Positions 24,906-37,949 of a DNA stretch of 64,000 nucleotides are shown piece by piece. The stretch is from Heptranchias perlo (lineage: Eukaryota): assembly GCF_035084215.1 (NCBI RefSeq), contig NC_090338.1:5642001-5706000 (forward strand), written 5' to 3'. Under the pieces are notes generated by a model. It had not been told where the DNA came from, searched no databases, and was given only the letters and a program-made list of their open reading frames with translations. The position numbers and the translations under genes are program-made. The first letter of the stretch is position 1; the number at the start of each line of letters is the position of its first letter.

Positions 24906-25528
24906 AACAACACTTCAAACAAGAGGGTTGATGAGGGCAATGCGGTTGATGATGTGTATATGGACTTTCAAAAGGCACTTAATAATGTGCCACATAATAG
25001 GCTTGTCAGCAAAATTGAAGCCCATGGAATAAAAGGGGCAGTGGCAGCATGGATAGGAAATTGGCTAAGTGGCAGGCAACAGAGAGTGGTGGTGAACGGT
25101 TGTTTTTCGGACTGGAGGGAGGTGTACAGTGGTGTTCCCCAGGGGTCGGTACCAGGACCACTGCTTTTTTGATATATATTAATGACTTGGACTTGGGTGT
25201 ACAGGGCACAATTTCAAAATTTGCAGATGACACAAAACTTGGAAGTGTAGTGAACAGTGAGGAGGATAGTGATAGACTTCAAGAGGACATAGACAGGCTG
25301 GTGGAAAGGGCGGACACATGGCAGATGAAATTTAATGCAGAAAAGTGTGAAGTGATACATTTTAGCAGGAAGAACGAGGAGAGGCAATATAAACTAAATG
25401 GTACAATTCTAAAGGGGGTGCAGGAACAGAGAGACCTGGGGGTATATGTGCACAAATCTTTGAAGGTGGCAGGACAGGTTGAGAAAGCAGTTAAAAAAGC
25501 ATACAGGATCCTGGGCTTTATAAATAGA

Positions 25529-25749
25529 TTGTAAACAATTTTACAACACCAAGTTATAGTCCAGCAATTTTATTTTAAATTCACAAGCTTTCGGAGATTT
25601 TCTCCTTCCTCAGGCAAATGTTTCAAGATCTCCTTGAAGCCTACGCATTAAATGCGTAGGCTTCAAGGAGATCTTGAAACATTTGCCTGAGGAAGGAGAA
25701 AATCTCCGAAAGCTTGTGAATTTAAAATAAAATTGCTGGACTATAACTT
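25529..25749. mobile_element. Penelope-like fold-back insert with perfect 99-bp inverted arms
   Basis: Arms 25551-25649 and 25651-25749 with a 1-nt spacer; TSD CTTTATAAATAGA (25516-25528 and 25747-25759, overlapping the arm end by 3 nt). Confidence 0.85.
25681..25721 (+). ncRNA. Minimal type I hammerhead ribozyme motif (mirror copy on - at 25579-25619)
   Basis: Helix I AUUUGC/GUGAAU, core CUGAGGA(A), helix II GGAGA/UCUCC, GAAA, palindromic AAGCUU in place of helix III, predicted cleavage after CUU (25715). Confidence 0.75.
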
Positions 25750-26909
25750 TATAAATAGAGGCATAGAGTACAGAAGCAAGCAAGTTATGTTGAACCTTTA
25801 TAAAACACTGGTTTGGCCACAACTGGAGTATTGTGTCCAATTCTGGGCACCGCACTTTAGGAAGGATGTGAAGGCCTTAGAGAGGGTGCAGAAGAGATTT
25901 ACTAGAATGGTTCCAGGGATGAGGGACTTCAGTTACATGGATAGACTGGAGAAGCTGGGGTTATTCTCCCGAGGACAGAGAAGGTTAAGGGGAGATTTGA
26001 TAGAAGTGTTCAAAATTATGAAGGGTTTATACAGAGTAGATAGAGAGAAACTGTTCCCATTGGCGGAAGGGTCGAGAACCAGAGGACACAGATTTAAGGT
26101 GATTGGCAAAAGAACCAAAGGCGACATGAGGAAAAACTTCTTTCGCAGTGAGTGGTTATGATCTGGAATGTGCTGCCTGAAAGGGCGGTGGAAACAGATT
26201 CAATCATGGCTTTCAAAAAGGAATTGGATAAATACTTGAAGGGAAAAAATTTGCAGGCCCTGGGGAAAGAGCAGGGAATTGGGACTAACTGGATTGCTTT
26301 TACAAAGAGCCGGCACGGGCTCGATGGTCCGAATGGCCTCCTCCTATGCGGTAGCCACTCTATGATTCTAAGTGCTTTATTGACTGTAAAGCTCTTTGGC
26401 TTTAATTTATTAATTCAAACTTACAGTACGTTACAGGGCCATTCGGCCCGTCATGCCTATGCCAGCTCTCTGAAAGAGCTCTCCAGTTAGTCCCACTCCT
26501 CCCACTTGTTCCCCATGGCCCTGCAAATTTTCCCCTTTTGCTTTGAATTACATAGAATGTGCAGCACAAGCACAGGCCATTCAGCCTAACAGGTCCATGC
26601 CAGTGTGGATGCTCTGCACGAGTTTCCTCCTAACCAGAGATCCTTTTGAAAGTTATTATTGAATCTGCTTCCACCGCCCTTTCAGGGAGCGCATTCCAGA
26701 TCATCACAACTCAATGCGTAAAAAAAATTCTCCTCATTTCCCCGCTGGCTTTTTTGCCAAGTACCTTAAATCTGTGTCCATCCAACTGGTCTTTGCCAGC
26801 GTTTATGCTCCACACAAGACTCCTCCCTCCCTACTTCATCAAACCTTATCAGGATACCTCCTATTCCTTTCTCCCTCATGTACTTATCTAGCTGCCCCTT
26901 AAATGCATC

Positions 26910-27930
26910 AATGCTAAACAGCAGGAGCAGCATGCTATAGACAGAGCTAAGCGATCCCACAACCAACGGATCAGATCAAAACACTGCAGTCCTGCCACAT
27001 CCAGTTGTGAATGGTGGTGGACAATTAAACAAATAACAGGAGGAGGAGGCTCTGTGAACATCCCCATCCTCAATGATGGCAGAGTCCAGCACGCGAGTGA
27101 AAAAAACAAGGCTGAAGCGTTTGCAACCATCTTCAGCCAGAAGTGCCGAGTGGATGATCCATCTCGGCCTCCTCCCGATATCCCCACCATCACAGAAGCC
27201 AGTCTTCAGCCAATTCGATTCACTCCACGTGATATCAAGAAACGGCTGAGTGCACTGGATACAGCAAAAGCTATGGGCCCCGACAACATCCCGGCTGTAG
27301 TGCTGAAGACCTGTGCTCCAGAACTAGCTGCGCCTCTAGCCAAAATGTTCCAGCACAGCTACAACACTGGCATCTACCCCACAATGTGGAAAATTGCCCA
27401 GATATGTCCTGTCCACAAAAAGCAGGACAAATCCAATCCGGCCAATTACCGCCCCATCAGTCTACTCTCAATCATCAGCAAAGTGATGGAAGGTGTCGTC
27501 GACAGTGCTATCAAGCGGCACTTACTCACCAATAACCTGCTCACCGATACTCAGTTTGAGTTCCGCCAGGACCATTCGGCTCCAGACCTCATTACAGCCT
27601 TGGTCCAAACATGGACAAAAGAGCTGAATTCCAGAGGTGAGGTGAGAGTAACTGCCCTTGACATCAAGGCAGCATTTGACCGAGTGTGGCACCAAGAAGC
27701 CCTAGTAAAATTGAAGTCAATGGGAATCAGGGGGAAAACTCTCCAGTGGCTGGAGTCATACCTAGCAAAAAGGAAGATGGTAGTGGTTGTTGGAGGCCAA
27801 TCATCTCAGCCCCAGGACATTGCTGCAAGAGTTCCTCAGGGCAGTGTCCTAGGCCCAACCATCTTCAGCTGCTTCATCAATGATCTTCCCTCCATCATAA
27901 GGTCTGAAATGGGGATGTTCGCTGATGATT
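26910..27930 (+). mobile_element. Internal fragment of the single-ORF LINE family
   Basis: ORF 27054 onward is near-identical to the 19.3-kb element up to FADD. Confidence 0.93.
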
Positions 27931-30198
27931 TTTTAAAAATTCGTTCATGGGATGTGGGCATCGCTGGTGAGGCCGGCATTTATTGCCCATCCCTAATTGC
28001 CCTTGAGAAGGTGGTGGTGAGCTGCCTTCTTGAACCGCTGCAGTCCGTGTGGTAAAGGTTCTCCCACAGTGCTGTTAGGAAGGGGGTTCCAGGATTTTGA
28101 CCCAGCGACAATGAAGGAACGGCCGATATATTTCCAAGTCGGGATGGTGTGTGACTTGGAGAGGAATGTGCAGGTGGTGTTGTTCCCATGTGCCTGCTGC
28201 TCTTGTCCTTCTAGGTGGTGGAGGTCGCGGGTTTGGGAGGTGCTGATGAAGATGCCTTGGCGAGTTGCTGCAGTGCATCCTGTGGATGGTACACACTGCA
28301 GCCACAGTACGCCGGTGGTGAAGGGAATGAATGTTTAGTGTGGTGGATGGGGTGCCAATCAAGGGGGCTGCTTTGTCCTGGATGGTGTCGAGCTTCTTGA
28401 GTGTTGTTGGAGCTGCACTCATCCAGGCAAGTGGAGAGTATTCCATCACACTCCTGACTTGTGCCTTGTAGATGGTGGAATGGCTTTGGGGAGTTAGGAG
28501 GTGAGTCACTCACCGCAGAATACCCAGCCTCTGACCTGCTCTTGTAGCCACAGTATTTATGTGGCTGGTCCAGTTAAGTTTCTGGTCAATGGTGACCCCC
28601 AGGATGTTGATTGAGGGGGATTCGTCGATGGTAATGCTGTTGAATGTCAAGAGGAGGTGGTTAGACTCTGTCTTGTTGGAAATGGTCATTGCTTGGCACT
28701 TGTCTGGCGCAAATGTTACTTGTCACTTATCAGCCCAAGCCTGGATGTTGTCCAGGTTTTGCTGCATGTGGGCACGGACTGCTTCATTAGCTGAGGGGTT
28801 GCGAATGGAACTGAACACTGTGCAATCATCAGCGAACATCCCCACTTCTGACCTTATGATGGAGGGAAGGTCATTGATGAAGCAGCTGAGGATGGTTGGG
28901 CCTAGGACACTACCCTGAGGAACTCCTGCAGCAATGCCCTGGGGCTGAGCTGATTGGCCTCCAACAACCACTACCATCTTCCTTTGTGCTAGGTATGACT
29001 CCAGCCACTGGAGAGTTTTCCCTCTGATTCCCATTGACTTCAATTTTATTCGGGCTCCTTGGTGCCACACTCGGTCAAATGCTGCCTTAATGTCAAGGGC
29101 AGTCACTCTCACCTCACCTCTGGAATTCAGCTCTTTTGTCCATGTTTGGACCAAGGCTGTAATGAGGTCTGGAGCCGAGTGGTCCTGACGGAACCCAAAC
29201 TGAGCATCGGTGAGCAGGTTATTGGTGAGTAAGTGCCGCTTGATAGCACTGTCGACGACACCTTCCATCACTTTGCTGATGATTGAGAGTAGGCTGATGG
29301 GGGGTAATTGGCTGGATTGGATTTGTCCTGCTTTTTGTGGACAGGAACAGAGAGATCTGGGGGTATATGTACACAAATCATTGAAGCTCTGCAGTCTTGC
29401 CACATCCAGTCGTGAATGGTGGTGGACAATTAAACAACTAACGGGAGGAGGAGGCTCTGTAAACATCCCCATCCTCAATGAAGGCGGAGTCCAGCACATG
29501 AGTGCAAAAGACAAGGCTGAAATGTTTGCAACCATCTTCAGCCAGAAGTACCGAGTGGATGATCCATCTCGGCCTCCTCCCAATGTTCGCTGATGATTGC
29601 ACAGTGTTCAGTTCCATTCGCAACCCCTCAGCTAATAAAGCAGTCCGTGCCCGCATGCAGCTAGACCTGGACAACATCCAGGCTTGGGCTGATAAGTGAC
29701 AAGTAACATTTGCGCCAGACAAGTGCCAAGCAATGACCATTTCCAACAAGACAGAGTCTAACCACCTCCTCTTGACATAACTGGGCAATTTTCCACATTG
29801 TCAGATAGATGCCAGTGTTGTCGCTGTACTGGAATAGGCTAAGGCGCAGCAAGTTCTGGAGCACAAGTCTTCAGCACTACAGCCGGCATGTTGTCAGGGC
29901 CCATAGCCTTTGCTGTATCCAGTGCACTCAGCCGTTTCTTGATATCACGTGGAGTGAATCGAATTGGCTGAAGACTGGCTTCTGTGATGGTGGGGATATC
30001 GGGAGGAGGCCGAGATGGATCATCCACTCGGCACTTCTGGCTGAAGATGGTTGCAAACATTTCAGCCTTGTCTTTTGCACTCATGTGCTGGACTACGCCT
30101 TCATTGAGGATGGGGGCGTTTACAGAGCCTCCTCCTCCCGTTAGTTGTTTAATTGTCCACCACCATTCACGACTGGATGTGGCAAGACTGCAGAGCTT
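27927..30198 (-). mobile_element. 5'-truncated single-ORF LINE copy with a templated patch at ~29344-29775
   Basis: Reverse-complement homology from the 3' tail (27927) to AAGCTCTGCAG (30198). Confidence 0.9.
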
Positions 30199-31490
30199 CA
30201 ATGATTTGTGTACATATACCCCCAGATCTCTCTGTTCCTGTATACATTTTAAAATTGTGCCCTCTAGTTTATATTGCTTCTTTCATTCTTCCTACCGAAA
30301 TGTATCACTTTCTGCGTTAAATTTCATCTGCCACGTGTCCGCCCATTCCACCAGCCTGTCTGTATCCTCTTGAAGTCTATCACTATCCTCCTCACTGTTC
30401 ACTACACTTCCAAATTTTGTGTTGTCTGCAAATTTGAAATTGTGCCCTGTACACCCAAGTCCAAGTCATTAATATATATCAAGAAAAGCCGTGGTCCCAG
30501 CACCGACCCCTGGGGAACACCACTGTACACCTCCCTCCAGTCCGAAAAACAACCGTTCACCACCACTCTCTGTTTCCTGTTACTTAGCCAATTCAGTATC
30601 CATACTGCTACTGCCCCCTTTTATTCCATGGGGTTCAATTTTGATGACAAGTCTATTATGTGGCACTTTATCAAACGCCTTTTGAAAATCCATATTCACC
30701 ACATCAACCGCATTGCCCTCATATGTTACCTCTTCAAAAAACTCTATCAAGTTAGTTAAACATGATTTGCCTTTAACAAATCTGCGCTGGCTTTCCCTCA
30801 TCAATCCACACTTGTACAAGTGACTGTTAATTCTGTCCCGGATTATCATTTGTAAAAGTTTCCCCACCATCGAGGTTAAACTGACTGGCCTATAGTTGCC
30901 AGGTTTATCCTCACACCCTTTTTTGAACAAGGGTGTAACATTTGCAATTCTCCAGTCCTCTGGCACCACCCCTGTATCTAAGGATGTTTGGAAGATTATG
31001 GCCAGCACCTCCACAATTTCCACCCTTACTTCCCTCAGCAACCTAGGATGCATCCCATCCGGACCGGGTGACTTATCTACTTTAAGTACAGCCAGCCTTT
31101 CTAGTACCTCCTTTATCAATTTTTAGCCCTTCCAGTATCTCAACTACATCTTCCTTTACTGAGACTCTGGCAGCATCTTCAACCTTGGTAAGGACAGATG
31201 CAAAGTACTCATTTAGTACCTCGGCCGTGCCCTCTGCCTCCATGAGCAGATCTCCTTTTTGGTCCATAATTGGCCCCACCCTTCCTCTTACTACCCATTT
31301 ACTGTTTACATGCCCATAGAGACTTTTAGATTCCGTTTCATGTTGACCACCAGTCTATTCTCATACTCTTTCTTTGCCCCTCTCATTTCCTTTTTCACTT
31401 CCCCTCTGAACTTTCTATATTCAGCCTGGTTCTCAATTGTGTTATCAACCTGACATCTGTCATAAGCCCTGTCATTTTTCTGCTTCATCT
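30195..31490 (-). mobile_element. CR1 LINE ORF2 internal fragment
   Basis: KVDKSPGPDGMHPRLL, NYRPVSLTS and MDFQKAFDKVPH. Confidence 0.92.
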
Positions 31491-31491
31491 T

Positions 31492-31600
31492 AGTTGGAAA
31501 TATATCGGCCGTTCCTTCATCGTCGCTGGATCAAAATCCTGGAACTCCCTTCCTAACAGCACTGTGGGAGAACCTTCACCACACCGACTGCAGCGATTCA
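31492..31600 (+). mobile_element. Short 3' fragment of the single-ORF LINE family
   Basis: Matches 24148-24253. Confidence 0.85.
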
Positions 31601-31634
31601 TTGGCTACAAAGCTCTGTGGGAATCATTTGTTCA

Positions 31635-31975
31635 TTCAATCATACAGCACAGAAGGAGGTCATTCGGCCCATCGTGCCTGTGCCGGCTCTCTGAAAAAGC
31701 TACCAATTAGTCCCACTGCCCTATTGTTTCCGCATAGCCCTGCAAATTTTCCCTTTTTAAGTATTCATCCATTTCCCTTCAGAAAATTACTATTGAATCT
31801 GTGTCCACCACCATTTCAGGCAGCGTATTCCAGATCATAACAACTCACTGCGTAAAAAAGTTAAGCGTCTTTCCCCCCTGGCTTTTTTGCCAATTATCTT
31901 AAATCTGTATCCTCTGGTTACCGATCCTCCTGCCAGTGGAAACAGTTTCTCCCTATCTACTCTACCAAAACCCTG
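31635..31975 (-). mobile_element. CR1 3' end
   Basis: Homologous to 8200-8540. Confidence 0.85.
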
Positions 31976-31976
31976 A

Positions 31977-34900
31977 AGAACATAAGGAGCAGGAGTAGGC
32001 CACACGGCCCCTCGAGCTGCTCTGCCATTCAATCAGATCATGGCTGATCTTCAACCACAACTCCACTTTCCTGCCCGATCCCTATATCCCTTGATTCCCC
32101 TAGAGTCCAAAAATCTATCCAACTCAACCTTGAATATACTCAACGACTGAGCCCTCTGGGGTAGAAAATTCCAAAGATTCACAACCCTCTGAGTGAAGAA
32201 ATTCTTCCTCATCTCAGTCTTAAATGGCCGACCCCTTATCCTGAGACTATGCCCCCTAGTTCTAGACTCTCCAGCCAGGGGAAACAAACCTTCAGCATCT
32301 ACCCTGTCAAGCCCCCTCAGAATCTTATATGTTTCAATGAGATCACCTCTCATTCTTCTAAACTCCAGAGAGTATAGGCCCATTCTACTCAACCTCTCCT
32401 CATAGGACAACCCTCTCGTCCCAGGAATTAATCTAGTGAATGTCCGCTGCACCGCCTCTAAGGCGAGTATATCCTTCCTTAGATAAGGAGACCAAAACTG
32501 TACACAGTACTCCAGGTGAGGTCTCACCAAAGCCCTGTACAACTGTAGTGAGACTTCCTTACTCTTGTAACTATCAGGGTAGTTTGCTCTAAAGGCCAAC
32601 ATGTCATTTTCCTTCCTAATTGCCTGCTGTACCTGCATGCTAACTTTTTGTGTTTCTTGCACCAGGACCCCCAAGTCTCTCTGAACACCAACATTTCATA
32701 GTTCCTCACCATTTAAAAAATATTGTTTTTCTAGCCTTCCTACCAAAATGAATAACCTCACATTTCCACACATTATACACCATCTGCCACCTTCTTGCCA
32801 ACTCACTTAACCTGTCTTTATCCCTTTGCAGACTCTTTGGGTCCTCCTCGATAAAATTAACATAAGTAAAGCAACAATAATCAAGAAAATAATAGCACTA
32901 AAGTGTGACAAATCCCCAGGACCAGATGGTTTCCATCCCAGGGTTTTAAAGGAAGTAGGTGAGCAGATTGCAGATGCCCTAAGTATAATCTTTCAAAGTT
33001 CTCTAGATTCAGGAACTGTCCCTCTAGATTGGAAAATTGCACATGTCACTCCGCTTTTTAAGAAAGGAGCGCGAGGGAAACCTGGGAATTATAGACCAGT
33101 TAGCCTAACATCTGTTGTGGGGAAAATGCTGGAGTCTATAATTAAGGATAGGGTGACTGAACACCTCGAGAATTTTCATTTAATCAGAGAGAGCCAGCAT
33201 GGATTTGTGAAAGGTAGGTCGTGCCTGACAAACCTGATTGAATTTTTTGAAGAGGTGACTAAAGTAGTGGACAGGGGAATGTCAATGGATGTTATTTATA
33301 TGGACTTCCAGAAGGCATTTGATAAGGTCCCACATGAGAGACTGTTAGCTAAGATAGAAGCCCATGGAATCGAGGGAAAAGTACGGACTTGGTTAGGAAG
33401 TTGGCTGAGCGAAAGGTGTCAGAGAGTAGGGATAATGGGTAGGTATTCATATTGGCAGGATGTGACTAGTGGAGTCCCGCAGGGATCTGTCTTGGGGCCT
33501 CAATTATTCACAATATTTATTAACGACTTAGATGAAGGCATAGAAAGTCTCATATCTAAGTTTGCCGATGACACAAAGATTGGTGGCATTGTAAGCAGTG
33601 TAGATGAAAACATAAAATTACAAAGCGATATTGATAGATTAGGTGAATGGGCAAAACTGTGGCAAATGGAATTCAATGTAGACAAATGTGAGGTCATCCA
33701 CTTTGGATCAAAAAAAGGATAGAACAGGGTACTTTCTAAATGGTAAAAAGCTAAAAACAGTGGATGTCCAAAGGGACTTAGGGGTTCAGGTACATAGATC
33801 ATTGAAGTGTCATGAACAGGTGCAGAAAATAATCAATGAGGCTAATGGAATGCTGGCCTTTATATCTAGAGGACTGGAGTACAAGGGGGCAGAAGTTATG
33901 CTGCAGCAATACAAAACCCTGGTTAGACCACACCTGGAGTACTGTGAGCAGTTCTGGGCAACGCACCTTCGGATGGACATATTGGCCTTGGAGGGAGTGC
34001 AGCGTAGGTTTACTAGAATGATACCCGGACTTTAAGGGTTAAGTTACGAGGAGCGATTACACAAATTGGGGTTGTATTTTCTAGAGTTTAGAAGGTTAAG
34101 GGGTGATCTGATCGAAGTTTCTAAGATATTAAGGGGAACGGATAGGGTGGATAGAGAGAAACTATTTCCGCTGGTTGGGGATTCTAGGAGTAGGGGGCAC
34201 AGTCTAAAATTTAGAGCCAGACCTTTCAGGAGCGAGATTAGAAAACATTTCTACACACAAAGGGTAGTAGAAGTTCGGAACTCTCTTCCGCAAAAGGCAA
34301 TTGATACTAGCTCAATTGCTAAATTTAAATCTGAGATAGATAGCTTTTTGGCAACCAAAGGTATTAAGGGATATGGGCCAAAAGCAGGTATATGGAGTTA
34401 GATCACAGATCAGCCATGATCTTATCAAATGGTGGAGCAGACACGAGGGGCTGAATGGCCTACTCCTGTTCCTATGTTCCTTTGTTCCTCACAGCTTACT
34501 TTCTCACCTAATTTTGTATTGTCAGCAAACTTGGATACATTACACTCGTTCCCTTCATCCAAGTCATTAATATAGATTGTAAATAGCTGAGGCCCAAGCA
34601 CCGATCCTTGCGGCACCCACTAGTTACAGCCTGCCAACCTGAGGGTGACCCGTTTATCCCTACTCTTTGTTTTCTGTCCGTTAACCAATCCTCTATCCAT
34701 GCTAATATGCTACCCCCAACCCCATGAGCCCTTACCTTGTGTAACAACCTTTTTTGTGGCACTTTGTCGACTGCCTTTTGAAAATCCAAATATACGACAT
34801 CCACTGGTTCCCCTTTACTCTGCTGGTTACATCCTCAAAAAACTCTAATAGATTTGTCAAACACAATTTCCCTTTCATAAAACCATGTTGACTCTGCCTA

Positions 34901-35700
34901 ATCATAGTATGACTTTCTAAGTGCCCTGTTACCACTTCCTTAATAATAGATTCCAGCATTTTCCCGATGACTGATGTCAGGCTGACTGGCCTGTAGTTCC
35001 CTGTTTTCTCTCTCTCTCCTTTCTTGAATAGCGGGGTTACATTTGCTACCTTCCAAACCGCTGGGACCGTTCTAGAATCTAGGGAATTTTGGAAGATAAT
35101 ATCCAAAGCATCCACTATCTCTGCAGCCACCTCTTTTAGAACCCTCGGATGTAGGCCATCAGGTCCAGGGGATTTATCAGCTTTTAGTCCCATTAGTTTC
35201 TCCAGTACTTTTTCTCTATTGATAATAATTACTTTAAGTTCCTCACTCTCATTAGCCCCTTGGTTCCCCACTATTTCGGGTATGTTTTTTGTAACTTCTA
35301 CTGTGAAGAAAAATACAAAATATTTGTTTAATGTCTCTGCCATTTCCTGATTCCCCATTATAATTTCTCCTGTTTCAGCCCCTACGTAACCAACATTTAC
35401 TTTTGCTACTCTCTTCCTTTTTACATACTTGTAGAAGCTCTTACAATCCGTTTTTATATTTCTTGCTAGTTTACTTTCATATTCTATTTTCTCCCTTTTT
35501 ATCAATTTTTTGGTCGTCCTTTGCTGGTTTCTAAAACTCTCCGAATCCCCAGGATTACGACTATTCTTGGCAACATTATAGGCCTCTTCTTTTAATCTAA
35601 TAATCTCCTTAACTTCTTTAGTTAGCCACAGGCGGAGCACTTTTCCCGTGGAGTTTTTATCTCTCAATGGAATGTATATTTGTTGTGAATATTGAAATAG
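31977..35700 (-). mobile_element. CR1 LINE ORF2 and 3' end, split by a + strand CR1
   Basis: ORFs 34732-35667, 34508-34804 and 32051-32674 are collinear; host sequence resumes at ~34486 with TCCTC duplicated. Confidence 0.9.
32850..34485 (+). mobile_element. 5'-truncated CR1 nested in an opposite-strand CR1
   Basis: ORF 32826-33722 is an RT domain; tail CCTATGTTCC. Confidence 0.93.
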
Positions 35701-37060
35701 TTCTTGATACGATAATCCGGGACAGAATTAACAGTCATTTGGACGACTGTGGATTGGTTCGGGGAAGCCAGCATGGATTTGTTAAAGGCAAATCATGTTT
35801 AACCAACTTGATAGAGTTTTTTGATGAGGTAACAGAGAGGGTAGATAAGGGCAATGCAGTTGATGGGGTGTATATGGACTTTCAAAAAGCGTCTGATAAA
35901 GTGCCACATGGTAGACTTGCTATTAAGATTGCGGCCCATGGAATAAAGGGGGCAGTAGCAACTAAATGATTAATTGGCTAAATGACAGGAAGCAGAGGGT
36001 GGCGGTGAACGGATGTTTTTCGGACTGGAGGGAGGTGTACAGTGGTGTTCCCCAGGGGTTGGTACTAGGACAATTGCTTTTCTTGATACATATTAATGAC
36101 TTGGACTTGGGAGTACAGGGCACAGTTTCAAAATTTGCAGATGACACAAAACTTGGAAGTGTAGTGAACAGTGAGGAGGATAGTGATAGACTTCAAGTGG
36201 ACATAGACAGGCTGGTGGCATGGACGGACACATGGCAGATGAAGTTTAACGCGGAAAAATGTGAGGTGATGCATTTCGGTGGGAAAAATGAGGAGAGGCA
36301 ATATAAACTAGAGAGCACAATTCTAAAAGGGGTACAGGAACAGAGAGACCTGGGGGTTTATGTACACAAATCGTTGAAGGTGGCAGGGCAGGTTGAGAAA
36401 GCTGTTAAAAAAGCATACGGGGTCCTGGGCTTTATATATAGCGGCATAGAGTACAAAAGTAAGGAAGTCATGATGAACCTTCATAAAATATTGGTTCGAC
36501 CACAACTGGAGTATTGTGTCCAGTTCTGGGCACCGCACTTTAGGAAAAATGTGAAGGTCTTAGAGAGGGTGCAGAAGAGATTTACTAGAATGATTCCAGG
36601 GATGAGGGACTTCAGTTACGTGGATAGACTGGAGAAGCTGGGGTTGTTCTCCTTGGAACCGAGAACGTTGAGAGGAGATTTGATAGAGGTGTTCAAAATC
36701 ATGAAGGGTCTAGACAGAGTAGATAGAGAGAAACTGTTCCCATTGGCGGAAGGGTCAAGAACCAGAGGACACAGATTTAAGGTGATTGGCAAAAGAATCA
36801 AAGGTGACATGAGGAAAAACTTTTTTACGTAGCGAGTGGTTAGGATCTGGAATGCACTGCCCGAGGGGGTGGTGGAGGCAGATTCAATCATGGCCTTCAA
36901 AAGGGAACTGGACAAGTACTTGAAACGAATAAATGTGCTGGGCTACGGGGATAGGGCATGGGAGTGGGGGACTAGCTGGATTGCTCGTGCATAGAGCCGG
37001 CGTGGACTCGATGGGCCAAATGGCCTCCTTCCATGCTGTAACCTTTCTAAGATTCTATGA
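35700..37060 (+). mobile_element. 5'-truncated CR1
   Basis: ORFs 35667-35969 and 35966-36832; tail GATTCTATGATTC. Confidence 0.93.
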
Positions 37061-37625
37061 TTCATGATTTTGAACATCTCTATCAAATCTCCCCTTAACC
37101 TTCTCTGCTCTAAGGAGAACAACCCCAGCTTCTCCAGTCTCTCCACAAAACTGAAATTCCACATCCCTGGTACCATTCTAGTAAATCTCCTCTGCACCCT
37201 CTCCAAGGCCTTGATGTCCTGAGAGGTGGTGAAAGGTGCTATATAAGAACATAGGAACAGGAGTAGGCCATTCAGCCCCTCGTGCCTGCTCCACCATTTG
37301 ATAAGATCATGGCTGATCTGTGATCTAACTCCATATACCTGCTTTTGGCCCATATCCCTTAATACCTTTGGTTGCCAAAAAGCTATCTATCTCACATTTA
37401 AATTTAGCAATTGAGCTAGTATCAATTGCCGTTTGCGGAAGAGAGTTCCAAACTTCTACCACCCTTTGTGTGTAGAAATGTTTTCTAATCTCGCTCCTGA
37501 AAGGTCTGGCTCTAATTTTTAGACTGTGCCCCCTACTCCTAGAATCCCCAACCAGCGGAAATAGTTTCTCTCTATCCACCCTATCCGTTCCCCTTAATGT
37601 CTTATAAACTTCGATCAGATCACCA
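37060..37625 (-). mobile_element. Two CR1 fragments
   Basis: 37245-37625 is near-identical to the 3' end of 32850-34485; 37060-37220 is an internal ORF2 piece. Confidence 0.88.
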
Positions 37626-37949
37626 AATAAATATATATATTTATAAATATATAAATGCGAGTTCTTTCTTTCAACTCTTTCTGGACTTAGTCCAGGATCT
37701 TGGTCACAGAGGAGAGTTGGAGCCACATGAGAGTTCCTCTTCCACTGCACCGCACGCTTCTGGGCAAAACAAGGATGCTGTACTGTGGTGTGGGAGCTCA
37801 ACATTGGTGTTGTATGTGCACGCAAGGCCCATGGACCAGAGTTCGGGCTCAGTACCTCACAAGGGCAAAGGTCACACCATGTCTTAAAGAAATCCATGGG
37901 GTAAATTCTGTGCTAATTGGCGTTTGCCTACATTACAACAGTGACTACA

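Larger units (their letters stand above)
24920..26370 (+). mobile_element. CR1 LINE RT and 3' end
   Basis: YMDFQKA, GVPQGS and FADDTKLG motifs and CR1 tail. Confidence 0.93.
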
